Shown: one piece after another, positions 1 to 9,877 of the stretch | Layout of the letters: each line of letters begins with the position of its first letter | Position numbering within the stretch: the stretch's first letter is position 1 | Source of the DNA: an uncultured bacterium | GTDB lineage: Bacteria; Fidelibacterota; Marinisomatia; SCGC-AAA003-L08; GCA-002704045 | Length of the DNA stretch: 64,000 nucleotides | Direction: 5' to 3' | NCBI GenBank assembly: GCA_964345035.1 | Contig: CAYFPO010000002.1 | Location: 96,684 to 160,683 of the forward strand | The notes under the pieces: generated by a model | What the model saw: only the letters and a program-made list of their open reading frames with translations | What the model was told of the DNA's origin: nothing | The model's database searches: none | Translations under genes and position numbers: made by a program

Positions 1-2
1 TA

Positions 3-323
3 GCATCACCCAACCGCGAAACTGAGAGTATGAAAGACGGTTCTGATGCAGTGGCTGACTGGCCCATTTTGAATGCATTACTCAGCGTTTCCGGTGGAAC
101 CAGCTGGACATCTGTCCACCATGGAGGAGGCGTGGGAATGGGGTTATCCATTCACGCCGGGGTTGTAATAGTAGCCGACGGAACACCGGAAATGAGAACC
201 AGGCTCAATCGTGTACTCACCAATGATCCAGGAACCGGTGTTATGCGTCATGTGGACGCCGGGTATGAAAAAGCGGTTCAAATCGCAAGGGATAGAAATT
301 TAAAAATCCCCATGCTTGACTAA
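3..323 (+). CDS. hutU: urocanate hydratase, C-terminal fragment (5' end lies outside the window)
   Basis: The reading frame is open from the window edge. The translation ...[24 protein letters not shown]...[14 protein letters not shown]...[14 protein letters not shown] matches the conserved urocanase C-terminus, and hutI follows immediately. Confidence 0.9.
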   Translation, partial: ASPNRETESMKDGSDAVADWPILNALLSVSGGTSWTSVHHGGGVGMGLSIHAGVVIVADGTPEMRTRLNRVLTNDPGTGVMRHVDAGYEKAVQIARDRNLKIPMLD

Positions 324-1529
324 ATGTCCATTCGGATAAATAATATCCACAAAATTGTTACGTGGAATCCGGATACAGAAAATTTTGATGAATTATCTAA
401 TGTTGAAATATTAATTTCCAATGGTGTCATAACGGAGATTGGTACTGCCGTGTCAAATGGAGATACCAATATAGATGCTCAAAATTGCCTTATCACTCCC
501 GGATTTATTGATTCCCACACTCACCCGGTTTTTATTGGAAACCGAGCCAATGAATTTTCCATGAGAGCAGCAGGAAAATCCTATAAAGAGATAGCTGCAG
601 CAGGCGGAGGAATACTATCTTCAATTCAAGGAGTTCGTTATGCCAGCGAAGATGAACTCTTCCAATCCAGTTTAAAAAATATTCAGACCTTCATCACTCA
701 CGGGACCACAACTTTGGAAGCAAAATCCGGATATGGATTAACCATTGAAGATGAAATCAAATCATTGCGGGTGATAAAAAGATTGAATAAAGAAAGTCCC
801 ATTGAAATAATTTCCACGTTTTTAGGTGCACACGCATTTCCCCCCGAATTTACAGATGATCATCAGAGATATGTAGATCTGATCTGTAATGAAATGATTC
901 CGGCTATATCAGATGAAAATCTGGCAGAGTTCTGCGATGTCTTTTGTGAAGAAGGATATTTTACCGTAGAACAATCCAGGCAAATTCTTAAAACTGCAAA
1001 GAACCACGGATTGGCTCCACGTCTGCATGCAGATGAATTTGTGGATTCCGGTGCGGCGGAACTTGCAGGAGAAGTTAGTGCTGTGTCTGCAGACCATCTC
1101 ATGGCAGTGAGTGATGCCGGAATCCGATCATTGGCTGATAATAATGTAATCGCTACACTTCTGCCGGGGACCACCTTATTTTTGGGAAAATACAGCTATG
1201 CAAATGGCAGAACTCTTATTGATGCAGGAGTTGAAGTTGCCCTGGCTACTGATTTTAATCCCGGTTCCAGTACACTGAATTCACTGCCTTGGGTCATGTC
1301 ACTGGCAGTGTTGTATTGTGGTCTCACCCCGGAGGAAGCCCTGAAGGGTGTCACCTGGAATGCTGCCAAATCGCTGAATAGGGAAAATTCCATGGGCAGA
1401 ATTGCTGCAAATTATCAGGCAGATTTAATATTCTGGGATGTGAATGAATTGGAGGAAATCTCCTACTGGCTGGGAAGTGACAAAATTATAAAGGTATTGA
1501 AAAAGGGGAAAGAAGTTCCCCGGATTTAA
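324..1529 (+). CDS. hutI: imidazolonepropionase
   Basis: 401 aa with amidohydrolase metal-binding motifs (DSHTHPVF, HADE, ATDFNPGSS). It abuts hutU (stop TAA then ATG). Confidence 0.92.
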   Translation: MSIRINNIHKIVTWNPDTENFDELSNVEILISNGVITEIGTAVSNGDTNIDAQNCLITPGFIDSHTHPVFIGNRANEFSMRAAGKSYKEIAAAGGGILSSIQGVRYASEDELFQSSLKNIQTFITHGTTTLEAKSGYGLTIEDEIKSLRVIKRLNKESPIEIISTFLGAHAFPPEFTDDHQRYVDLICNEMIPAISDENLAEFCDVFCEEGYFTVEQSRQILKTAKNHGLAPRLHADEFVDSGAAELAGEVSAVSADHLMAVSDAGIRSLADNNVIATLLPGTTLFLGKYSYANGRTLIDAGVEVALATDFNPGSSTLNSLPWVMSLAVLYCGLTPEEALKGVTWNAAKSLNRENSMGRIAANYQADLIFWDVNELEEISYWLGSDKIIKVLKKGKEVPRI

Positions 1530-1530
1530 T

Positions 1531-2186
1531 TTATTTCACCAGCAACAACTTCTGAGTCTCAATATACTCCCCGCTTTTCATTCTCACTACATACACTCCA
1601 CTTGAATAATGGGTTCCATCCCAATCAATTGAATGATAGCCAATGCTAAGTTGTTCATTCATTAGAGTTGTTACCAGTTTCCCTGTGATATCATATACTT
1701 TGAGTGAAACCATCCCTGATTGTGGGATTGAGAATGATATTGTGGTAGTTGGATTGAAAGGGTTTGGGTAGGGTGATGAAAGGGAGTAGCTTGGTGAAAT
1801 TAGGTTTTCTGTGATTGATAGTGGTGGACAGTCTGTTGTGTCTTGGTAACCTACATAGTCTTCAATACATTCCGGGTAAGGTGGACAGAGTTGGTTGTTT
1901 GATAGATTAGGAGAACTATCTCCTTGATTACAGATTTCTACAGGTATCTCCCCTGTGAGTTGATTCCAGGATAAACCCAAATCAATTAAATTCGTCAGGT
2001 TTCCTATCTCCGGGGGGTTTCTCCTGTTAGTCCACTACCAGATAAATTCAAATAAGTAGTCTCCTCAATATTATAACACACCCCCCATAACTCAACTTCA
2101 ACACCTTCAACACAATCCTGTCCCCACCCAACACTCATAAATGAGGAGAATATCACCAAAAGAATGGTTTTTCTATGTTTTTCCAT
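1531..2186 (-). pseudogene. secreted leucine-rich-repeat protein with T9SS C-terminal sorting domain, split by a frameshift in a G6 (C6 on coding strand) run at 2012-2017
   Basis: ORF 2004-2186 supplies a signal peptide and ends ...LSGSGLTGETPRR*. ORF 1531-1980 continues an LRR (..GLSWNQLTGEIP..) and ends in a T9SS CTD (NPFNPTTTISF...GVYVVRMKSG...LLLVK). Adding one C to the run gives GETPPEIGNLTNLIDLGLSWNQLTGEIP, a perfect LRR continuation. Confidence 0.6.
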
Positions 2187-2470
2187 GGTTTATTTTAAAA
2201 CTAAAAAGTGAGGAAAGTCAAATCGTGTTGGTCACATTCATTAGTGAAAATTAAAAACCTCCAAATATTCACTATTTTGAGTTCTTTTCTTTACTTGGTG
2301 TACAGACATATTTAAAAATGTCTTTAAGGGTGTAGTTCTTATCGGGAAATGCTGTGGTCAGCTTTAGGAAATAAAACACCTAATGAATATGGGGGACAGC
2401 TAAATTTTACTTAACTCTTAAACTAATATTTTTCGTATGAAGACCAGTATATTGGGTATATGGTAAATAT

Positions 2471-3370
2471 TTAAGATAAAATTAGATTTATCATTAATAC
2501 AATATCCAACACATTGATTTCACCATCAGTATTCAGGTCACCGCAACCACAGTCATCATTAGGTTCTGGAAGCAATATACAGGAATTGATCAAATATACA
2601 ATATCCAGAACATCCAGATTGCTGTCCCCGTTGCAGTCGCCATCGCCGAATTGAGAATAGTATTGTGCTCCAATATCGCTCCTCGTATCATCTGGGTCAT
2701 ATTCATCAGGATCTCCCGCATCTATACATGGTGAATCTGAGTGATAGGCAAAGTTCATTTCATATTCATCTATAAATTCCGGATACTCATATAAATTTCC
2801 GGTTCCCGGTGTGGGCTCCCACGGAGTCCAGATATCTCCTCAGCCAGGGCAGTTTTCCATATAATTTTCGCCGTTGTCCCAGGTATTGCAGTAAGAAATA
2901 GTCAAAATTGGTGTTGTTGAGTATATTCCAATTCCATAGGTTTCATTTTCACCTACATTACAGTTTCTCATATTCACCTGGGAATAATCATAGAGTTTAA
3001 TCCCAAAATTTGAATTGATGAGATTGCAGTTTATGACATTCCCGGTAGATAAACCGGCATAACTCAATGCATAATCTGCACCATTAACAACAGTACACCT
3101 GGTAATGTCAAGACTTGCATGGGTTAGTTCATCACTGTAAATCCATATTCCTACACCGGTTAGAAGATCAATAACAGCTCCATTACCTTCTATAAATACA
3201 TCACCTTCGAATACACCAATTCCACCCGTATAAATTTCTTCCGAATCCAATATAATATATTTATCATAGCCATACATTGATTCAGCAGAATCATACATCT
3301 CCTGTAGGGAAATCCCATAGATTGTACTTGTGAGCACTAATGTTAAAAAGTATTTGATTAAAAAATTCAT
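2471..3370 (-). pseudogene. secreted right-handed beta-helix protein with C-terminal dockerin-type module, interrupted by an in-frame TGA at 2840-2842
   Basis: ORFs 2840-3370 (signal peptide, NCN/asparagine-ladder beta-helix repeats) and 2471-2758 share one frame. The 81 nt between them translate without stops (GDIWTPWEPTPGTGNLYEYPEFIDEYE). The C-terminus carries two DxNxDG..LDIV segments. Confidence 0.55.
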
Positions 3371-3455
3371 AGATTATGGGCTAAATATATGATGAATTAA
3401 AATATTAATGGTAATCTAAATCGTAACTAAGTGTAATTATTAAGTTGTAAATGCG

Positions 3456-4022
3456 CTAAAGTGTTCTTCGGTAATATTCAAATGGTTTTTTAGAATCATA
3501 CCAGGTTTGGAATACTTTTACCACTTCAATATTTCCGGAAAAATTTTGAGTTATACCTTGTTCAACATGTCCGGTCACATAGGATATTTGCGGTTGTTTT
3601 TTTGCCCAATTCAAATATATCCGTTTAAGTGTTTTGGCATATCCCCCCTTTTTCCGGTATTTTTCTTTTAACACAAAGGCATAAGTATAAAGCGTATTCT
3701 CTTTATACAGATTCACATCCACATGAGACCAGGACTCATTCCTGAAATACTCCAGGGGAACACCAATAATATACCCGATTATTTCACTTTTATATCTGGC
3801 AATAAATGGAAGTGTGTTTTCATTAAAATATTTTTTGATATTATTTCTGTTCAGGAGCCAATTCCTGCCAAATTTTTTAACCAGGATTTCTGATACTTCC
3901 ATCACTTTTGGAAAATCATCCCTGCCAAGTTGTTCTACCAGCTCAACTTGAAATTGGTAAGCGGATGCAGCAATGATTCTGACTTTGGATTTTTCTAATA
4001 TACTGAGTGTAAGTTGTTCCAT
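3456..4022 (-). CDS. GNAT-family N-acetyltransferase (putative)
   Basis: 188 aa. The YRKKGGYAKTL segment fits the GNAT acetyl-CoA-binding R/Q-x-x-G-x-G/A motif. No further specificity can be inferred. Confidence 0.55.
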   Translation of the reverse strand: MEQLTLSILEKSKVRIIAASAYQFQVELVEQLGRDDFPKVMEVSEILVKKFGRNWLLNRNNIKKYFNENTLPFIARYKSEIIGYIIGVPLEYFRNESWSHVDVNLYKENTLYTYAFVLKEKYRKKGGYAKTLKRIYLNWAKKQPQISYVTGHVEQGITQNFSGNIEVVKVFQTWYDSKKPFEYYRRTL

Positions 4023-4122
4023 TTAGATGTGGTAATTTAGATAATAACCGGCGTAGCCACCACAGTATTTTAATATGTTTTTCGTCAGGAAATAAACAGT
4101 CAAACTCATTAAATTTAAATCT

Positions 4123-4923
4123 ATGCCCAATTCATTTAATACAAGTTTAAAGGAAATCTGTGATAAAAAACAGAGCCGATTATGTATCGGTCTGGATATT
4201 GATCCGGTAAGACTCCCGGTGGAAGCGGGAAATACTATACAGGAGTGGACAGCATTTACCCGTGAAATTGTAGATGCTACCATAGATATTTGTCCGGTGT
4301 ATAAATTAAATCTGGCATTTTATGAATGTTACGGTGCGGATGGATTCAAATGGCTGGAGAATGTAGTAAACCATATTGGTAACAGAGCAATTACAATTGC
4401 AGACGGTAAGCGGGGAGATATTGGAAATACTGCCAGGAAATATGCAGAAGCCATATTTCAGTATTTCGGATTTGATGCTGCCACGGTGTCACCCTATATG
4501 GGATCTGATTCAATTCTGCCGTTTTTGGAAGATGAGAATAAAGGTGTATTTATTCTCTGTTTAACATCTAATAATAGTGCGGGAGAGTTTCAGGAGCTAA
4601 AATACGATGGTATCCCGTTATACCAGAATGTAGCCAAGGCAGCGATGGATTTGAATAAACAAGGCAATGTCGGTTTGGTCGTGGGTGCAACCAATACTGA
4701 ACAGATGGATGAAATATCTCAAATTTCCAATGGATTACCCTGGTTGGTTCCCGGTGTTGGTGCACAAGGAGGGGATCTCGAAACATCCCTTACGAAAAGT
4801 AATTCACAGGGAGTAGGCATCATCAATATTTCTCGAGGAATTCTGTATGCAGAAGGTGGATCACTATCAGAAATCAGAGCAGCGGCAGAAGATTTTACAG
4901 ATCAGATGAGAAAAATTTTATGA
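4123..4923 (+). CDS. pyrF: orotidine 5'-phosphate decarboxylase (type 2)
   Basis: Motifs LCIGLDIDP and ADGKRGDIGNT are present. The stop overlaps the pyrE start (ATGA). Confidence 0.9.
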   Translation: MPNSFNTSLKEICDKKQSRLCIGLDIDPVRLPVEAGNTIQEWTAFTREIVDATIDICPVYKLNLAFYECYGADGFKWLENVVNHIGNRAITIADGKRGDIGNTARKYAEAIFQYFGFDAATVSPYMGSDSILPFLEDENKGVFILCLTSNNSAGEFQELKYDGIPLYQNVAKAAMDLNKQGNVGLVVGATNTEQMDEISQISNGLPWLVPGVGAQGGDLETSLTKSNSQGVGIINISRGILYAEGGSLSEIRAAAEDFTDQMRKIL

Positions 4924-5498
4924 ACGGTAATGAGCTTATCCAAAATTTAAAAGAATCCGGTGCAATGATGGATGGGCATTTTCTCCTCACATCAGGAAGG
5001 CATAGTAGTGTTTATATTGAAAAATTTCGATTATTGGAAAACCCGACGTATCTGGATAAAATCTGTGCAGGATTGGCACTGCAATTCTCTCCGAACGAAG
5101 TGGATGTGGTATTAGGTGCAGCAATCGGTGGTATATTACTGACTGGAGGAGTTGGCCGGCATTTAGATAAAAGGAATATATTCACAGAACGTGTTGATGG
5201 CAGAATGGAACTCCGTAGAGGTTTCAGCATTGAACCAAATCAACGGGTACTCATCGTGGAGGATATTGTCACTACCGGAAACTCTGTTTTTGAAATGATT
5301 GAGGTAGTAAACAGCAATAACGGTGAAATAGTTTCAGTTGCCTGCCTCGTGGACAGAAGTAAGCATGGAATAGATTTTGGCGTGAGAAAAAACGCATTAT
5401 TGAGTCTCCCCAGTGATGATTGGGATCCGGAACTATGCCCGCTGTGTAAACAGGGGATGCCTATCACAGCCAGAGGAAGAACAGGTAAGAAAGTATGA
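4920..5498 (+). CDS. pyrE: orotate phosphoribosyltransferase
   Basis: GHFLLTSGRHSSVYIEKF is present along with the PRPP-binding loop VLIVEDIVTTGNS. It is coupled to pyrF. Confidence 0.88.
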   Translation: MNGNELIQNLKESGAMMDGHFLLTSGRHSSVYIEKFRLLENPTYLDKICAGLALQFSPNEVDVVLGAAIGGILLTGGVGRHLDKRNIFTERVDGRMELRRGFSIEPNQRVLIVEDIVTTGNSVFEMIEVVNSNNGEIVSVACLVDRSKHGIDFGVRKNALLSLPSDDWDPELCPLCKQGMPITARGRTGKKV

Positions 5499-5508
5499 GA
5501 GGAAATGT

Positions 5509-6426
5509 ATGAAAATAATTAATATCATAATTTTATTATCAATTTGTACAGGGCAGGACAGCCTAAAAGCTCCTGATTTAAATACATTAATGAATGCCAT
5601 TAAAGACAGTTCGGGGGGATTATTAAGATTATCAGAACCAATGGATGTGCAGGATTTATTTCCAAATGAGAAATCTGATCCCTTTATAAAACCACTTTTC
5701 CCTCATGAAATAGAAGCAATTAAAAAGAAAGCGAATGATTTTGAACCTGAGCCAAACAGTGAATCAGATATAGTCATCTTGGAAACATCAATGGGGACTA
5801 TGAAACTTAGGTTGTTTCCCGATATTGCACCCGAGCATTGTAGGAATTTTAAAAAGTTATCAAACAGCGGATTTTATGACGGCACAACCTTCCACCGTAT
5901 CATACCTGATTTTATGATCCAGGGTGGTGATATATTATCACGTGATTCTGATAAAGGTAATGACGGAACAGGCAGCCCAGGCTGGACAGTTAAAGCTGAG
6001 TTTAATTCTATAAAGCACAAACGGGGTATCCTGTCAATGGCAAGATCCAGAGATCCGAATTCGGCAGGAAGTCAATTCTTTATATGTGTTTCAGATGCCT
6101 TTCACCTCAATGGTGCATATACTGCATTTGGAGAAGTAATAGAAAATATAGAAGTTATTGACAAAATCGTGAACTCCCCTACAGACTACAGCCAGGTTAA
6201 AATTGCCTGTAAAACTAAGATTCCGGATGGATCAGATCCTAAAAAGTGGGTTACATTAACTGATCCCAAAACAAAGAAAAGATTATATGCACATATCCCT
6301 CCAAATGAAACAGCATCATCTTTCCGACATAAAATGAAAAAAGAATTAATGAGTGATAATCCAGTATTTCCCATCCGTATGAAAAAAGTACGTGTAGTGG
6401 ATGCAACAACAAATAATGAACAATAA
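5509..6426 (+). CDS. secreted cyclophilin-type peptidyl-prolyl cis-trans isomerase with N- and C-terminal extensions
   Basis: Cyclophilin core motifs are present (FHRIIPDFMIQGGD, GILSMARS..PNSAGSQFFI). I moved the start to ATG 5509 (MKIINIIILLSICTGQ signal peptide, GAGAGGA upstream) rather than the track start inside pyrE. Confidence 0.85.
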   Translation: MKIINIIILLSICTGQDSLKAPDLNTLMNAIKDSSGGLLRLSEPMDVQDLFPNEKSDPFIKPLFPHEIEAIKKKANDFEPEPNSESDIVILETSMGTMKLRLFPDIAPEHCRNFKKLSNSGFYDGTTFHRIIPDFMIQGGDILSRDSDKGNDGTGSPGWTVKAEFNSIKHKRGILSMARSRDPNSAGSQFFICVSDAFHLNGAYTAFGEVIENIEVIDKIVNSPTDYSQVKIACKTKIPDGSDPKKWVTLTDPKTKKRLYAHIPPNETASSFRHKMKKELMSDNPVFPIRMKKVRVVDATTNNEQ

Positions 6427-7345
6427 AATTGAAATTGAATCAGGGTTAGCCTTAGGTAGTGGGGGTGCTCGCGGACTGGTACATATAGGTGTACTAAAGG
6501 TCCTCAGCAGGGAAGTACAATTTCAGCATATTGCAGGTTCATCCATGGGTGCAGTAATTGGAGCGATGTATGCTGCAACAGAAGATCCGGAATGGATACA
6601 TGAACGATTTCAAAAATTTTTCGAAAGTGAAGAATATGAGGCTATTGGACTAAACCGGTTTAAAACATCTGAGGAAGAACAACCGTCTTTCTGGGGAGAT
6701 ATCAGTCAATATGTAAAAGAGAAGCTGGTAATCAATGTAGCAATCGAAAGAATGGGAATACTCAAAGTCTCGAGGTTAAGGGATGCCGTTGAGTTTATGC
6801 TTCCGGTAAGCAGCTTTGATGATCTCCAGATCCCATTTTCTTGTATTGCTGTAGATCTGAATACAGGTGAAGATATCTTGTATAATTCCGGAAATTTAAT
6901 TGATGCGGTGGTAGCATCTGCAGCAATCCCCGGATATCTTCAACCAGTAGAAAATAATGGTCAGTTATTGGTCGATGGGGGAGTATCCAGACCCGTTCCC
7001 GTTGGTATATTAAAGGATCTTGGAATAAATTTTATTATTGCCGTAGAAGCAAGTATAGCAAATTTTAAATCCATTAAGAATCCAAACCTTTTAAAAATTT
7101 TGGGAAGAGCTGAGCAAATTTCCTCTAAACGGTTGGGAACAATTAAAGCCACGGAAGCAGATGTGGTTATAAAACCAGATACAATGAACTTGTACTGGTC
7201 TGATTTCGATCATCTTGATGCACTGGTTGAAAAAGGAGTAAAAGCTGCAACAGAGGTAGTGAAAAAAAACCATTCATTGTTTAGGAAAAAACAAAATAAT
7301 CGTAGCAAATTAAAGAAAGTGCCCGGTCAGGTAATTGGACAATAA
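6401..7345 (+). CDS. patatin-like phospholipase
   Basis: The oxyanion motif GSGGARG, the nucleophile motif GSSMGA (GxSxG) and the catalytic DGG are present. An alternative start at ATG 6416 is equally plausible. Confidence 0.85.
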   Translation: MQQQIMNNKIEIESGLALGSGGARGLVHIGVLKVLSREVQFQHIAGSSMGAVIGAMYAATEDPEWIHERFQKFFESEEYEAIGLNRFKTSEEEQPSFWGDISQYVKEKLVINVAIERMGILKVSRLRDAVEFMLPVSSFDDLQIPFSCIAVDLNTGEDILYNSGNLIDAVVASAAIPGYLQPVENNGQLLVDGGVSRPVPVGILKDLGINFIIAVEASIANFKSIKNPNLLKILGRAEQISSKRLGTIKATEADVVIKPDTMNLYWSDFDHLDALVEKGVKAATEVVKKNHSLFRKKQNNRSKLKKVPGQVIGQ

Positions 7346-7373
7346 AATAAATAATTAAAATTTTAGGATAAAT

Positions 7374-9275
7374 TTGATAAATAAAATAACACATTTCTTT
7401 TTCATTATTATAACTACAACCATTCTTTACAGTGTGGAAGATCCTCTGCATTTTACCACAAAATTGGACAGGGATTCGTATCGAGCGGGTGAAACAATGA
7501 CTCTTTTACTGGATATAAATATTGATCCGGGATACCACATTTACTCCGTACATCCTGACCAGAGTTTGAAACCCACAAATATAGAGTATGAGGACACCAC
7601 GTTTTTCAAAAGCAAAGGCATCCTGAATGAACCTGAGCCCGTTTTTAAATATGATCAGAATTTTGACATGGAAGTGGGATTACATTATGAAGGTCCGCTA
7701 TTACTGACACAGAATTTTATAATTTCAGAAGACATTGATCCCGGAGATTATGTAATCTCAGGAACCATGGATTATCTGATCTGCACAAATGCTAAGGAAA
7801 ATGTAGTTCAGGTTTGCATACCAAAATGGGATGATTTTACCTTTAATCTTCTTGTTGAGGGTGGTAACCCCCGAAGCGAATTTATCACATCCATTATAAC
7901 TGACTATCCGCCTTCTAATGGGAATTTATGGGTCAATGACGAAGAATTTAATACTGCAGTAAGTGAAGGGTTATTGTCTTTTATCCTGTTTGCTATGAGT
8001 ATGGGCTTGCTTGCATTGTTGACTCCCTGTGTATTTCCAATGATTCCAATAACCGTGTCATTTTTCACCAAACAGGGAGAGTCCAATCATAGAAGTCCTG
8101 TTTCGGCAGCATTTATATATACTATCGGTATAATCATCATATTCACAGGCCTGGGATTGATCCTGGCATTCACTTTGGGAGCAACGGGAGCAAACCAGCT
8201 TGCGTCCAGTCCGTTGGTTAATTTTTTCATCGCAGCATTATTTATCTATTTTGCGTTCAGTTTATTTGGTCAATATGAGATCAGGCTTCCTTCTGCACTT
8301 CAGCAATTCAGTCTTAAACAGGAATCTCGAGGCGGAGTAATCGGAATTCTCTTTATGGCAATGACATTTACACTTACATCATTTACCTGCACTGTTCAAT
8401 TTGTTGGATTATTACTGGTTGCAGCTAGTCAGGGTGCATATTTCTGGCCCATAGTGGGAATGCTGGCATTTTCTTTCACATTTGCACTCCCATTTTTCTT
8501 TCTTGCTCTGTTCCCGCAATATCTGGCTAAAGTGCCAAAAAGCGGAGGTTGGCTGAATTCAGTGAAAGTTACGATGGGTTTTCTGGAACTGGGTGCCGCT
8601 ATGAAATTTTTGAGCAATATAGATTTGGTACTGGGATGGGGAATTTTTACTTATCAATCCGTACTTGCAACATGGGTGATCATTTCACTGATGATGGGTA
8701 TATATCTGCTTGGCAAAATCCAACTACCCCATGACAGTAAATTGGAGGTGATTGGTGTTCCCAGATTAATGTTGAGTATTGTATTTCTGACTTTCGGTTT
8801 ATACCTGGGATCAGGGCTATTCGGGCAGCCGATCCACGGATTAATAGATTCTTATCTTCCACCCAATTTGAGAGCAGAAGTAAATTCACCTGCATACTCC
8901 GGTGAAAGTGAAAATAATCTGGTTTGGATAGAGAATTTTGATGAAGGTATGATGACTGCAAAGGAAATAAATAAACCTGCATTTATTGATTTCACGGGTT
9001 ATACCTGCACTAACTGTAGATGGATGGAAACCAATATTTTTGAAGAGGAATCTGTAAAAAAACATTTTGAAGATTTTGTATTAATTCGATTATATACAGA
9101 TGGCGGTGAAAACCATAGAGAATATCAAAAAATGGAAGTTGATAGATTTAATACGGCTGCATTACCTTTTTATGTAATTTTGACACCTGATAATAAAGAA
9201 ATTACCAGGTTTCCCGGGATGAATCCGGACGTAAGTGAGTTTGTTGACTTTTTGGAACGGGGGAAATTATTCTAA
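7374..9275 (+). CDS. dsbD: thiol:disulfide interchange protein DsbD-like (N-terminal domain, CcdA/DsbD membrane core, C-terminal thioredoxin fold)
   Basis: The membrane-core motif LTPCVFPMIPITVSFF is present, with multiple TM helices and a C-terminal CxxC (FTGYTCTNCRWME). The start is TTG. Confidence 0.85.
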   Translation: MINKITHFFFIIITTTILYSVEDPLHFTTKLDRDSYRAGETMTLLLDINIDPGYHIYSVHPDQSLKPTNIEYEDTTFFKSKGILNEPEPVFKYDQNFDMEVGLHYEGPLLLTQNFIISEDIDPGDYVISGTMDYLICTNAKENVVQVCIPKWDDFTFNLLVEGGNPRSEFITSIITDYPPSNGNLWVNDEEFNTAVSEGLLSFILFAMSMGLLALLTPCVFPMIPITVSFFTKQGESNHRSPVSAAFIYTIGIIIIFTGLGLILAFTLGATGANQLASSPLVNFFIAALFIYFAFSLFGQYEIRLPSALQQFSLKQESRGGVIGILFMAMTFTLTSFTCTVQFVGLLLVAASQGAYFWPIVGMLAFSFTFALPFFFLALFPQYLAKVPKSGGWLNSVKVTMGFLELGAAMKFLSNIDLVLGWGIFTYQSVLATWVIISLMMGIYLLGKIQLPHDSKLEVIGVPRLMLSIVFLTFGLYLGSGLFGQPIHGLIDSYLPPNLRAEVNSPAYSGESENNLVWIENFDEGMMTAKEINKPAFIDFTGYTCTNCRWMETNIFEEESVKKHFEDFVLIRLYTDGGENHREYQKMEVDRFNTAALPFYVILTPDNKEITRFPGMNPDVSEFVDFLERGKLF

Positions 9276-9301
9276 CCTCCATTGAATTTGGGAGAGTATT
9301 T

Positions 9302-9868
9302 ATGAAAAAAGTATCTTATTTGTTATTATTTTCAGCACTGATATTAATCGGGTATCACGAGTTATATGGAAGTAATGAAACAGAGAAATCTAAAGATGAA
9401 AAACTAAAAGCCATCCTCCATGATAATAATTATGCACCTGATTTTACACTGGATGCCTTACATGATTCTACATATACACTCAGCGAAATGCGGGGTAAGG
9501 TTGTGCTTATTAATTTTTGGGCTACTTGGTGTGGTCCATGCCGTATGGAAATCCCGGACTTTAATGAAATTTATAAAGAACACAACAGGGAAGACCTCGA
9601 AATTCTGGGAATCAGTATTTCCGATAAACGGAAAGCCCTTGAAAATTTTGTTAAGGTATTTCCAATGGAATATCCTGTTTTGTATGGTAAACAGAGGAAA
9701 ATGGATAAGCTTATGCGAAATTATGGAGGTGTGTATGCAGTGCCAACATCTGTATTAATCGGAAGAAATGGTGATATACTGAAGACTTATCCCGGAGCTT
9801 TATTGAAGGGGCATCCCATTTATACAGGTTTTATTCAGGATCTTGAAATGGCATTGAAACAGAAATAA
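9302..9868 (+). CDS. TlpA/ResA-like periplasmic thiol-disulfide oxidoreductase
   Basis: It has a signal peptide and the thioredoxin motif FWATWCGPCRMEIP, and it is adjacent to dsbD. Confidence 0.85.
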   Translation: MKKVSYLLLFSALILIGYHELYGSNETEKSKDEKLKAILHDNNYAPDFTLDALHDSTYTLSEMRGKVVLINFWATWCGPCRMEIPDFNEIYKEHNREDLEILGISISDKRKALENFVKVFPMEYPVLYGKQRKMDKLMRNYGGVYAVPTSVLIGRNGDILKTYPGALLKGHPIYTGFIQDLEMALKQK

Positions 9869-9877
9869 TCTCCTGAA

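Noticed and set aside
2210-2219. GAGGAAAGTC resembling the RNase P RNA conserved GAGGAAAGUCCGG box
   Set aside because: The match stops after 10 nt (followed by AAATCG). The surrounding 280-bp intergenic region is AT-rich with no further RNase P conserved regions or helices.
2840-2842. Genome-wide TGA reassignment (code 4 or 25) as the explanation for the in-frame TGA
   Set aside because: TGA clearly terminates several well-conserved genes at their expected ends, often in ATGA overlaps: pyrF at 4921-4923, the MltD-like gene at 16855-16857, the adhesin at 35137-35139, the aminotransferase at 45016-45018 and folE at 63086-63088.
4023-4283. ORF 4023-4283 (minus strand, 86 aa) between the GNAT gene and pyrF
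   Set aside because: It overlaps the 5' part of the well-supported pyrF on the opposite strand and has no recognisable features. The region is more likely the divergent promoter plus the pyrF start.
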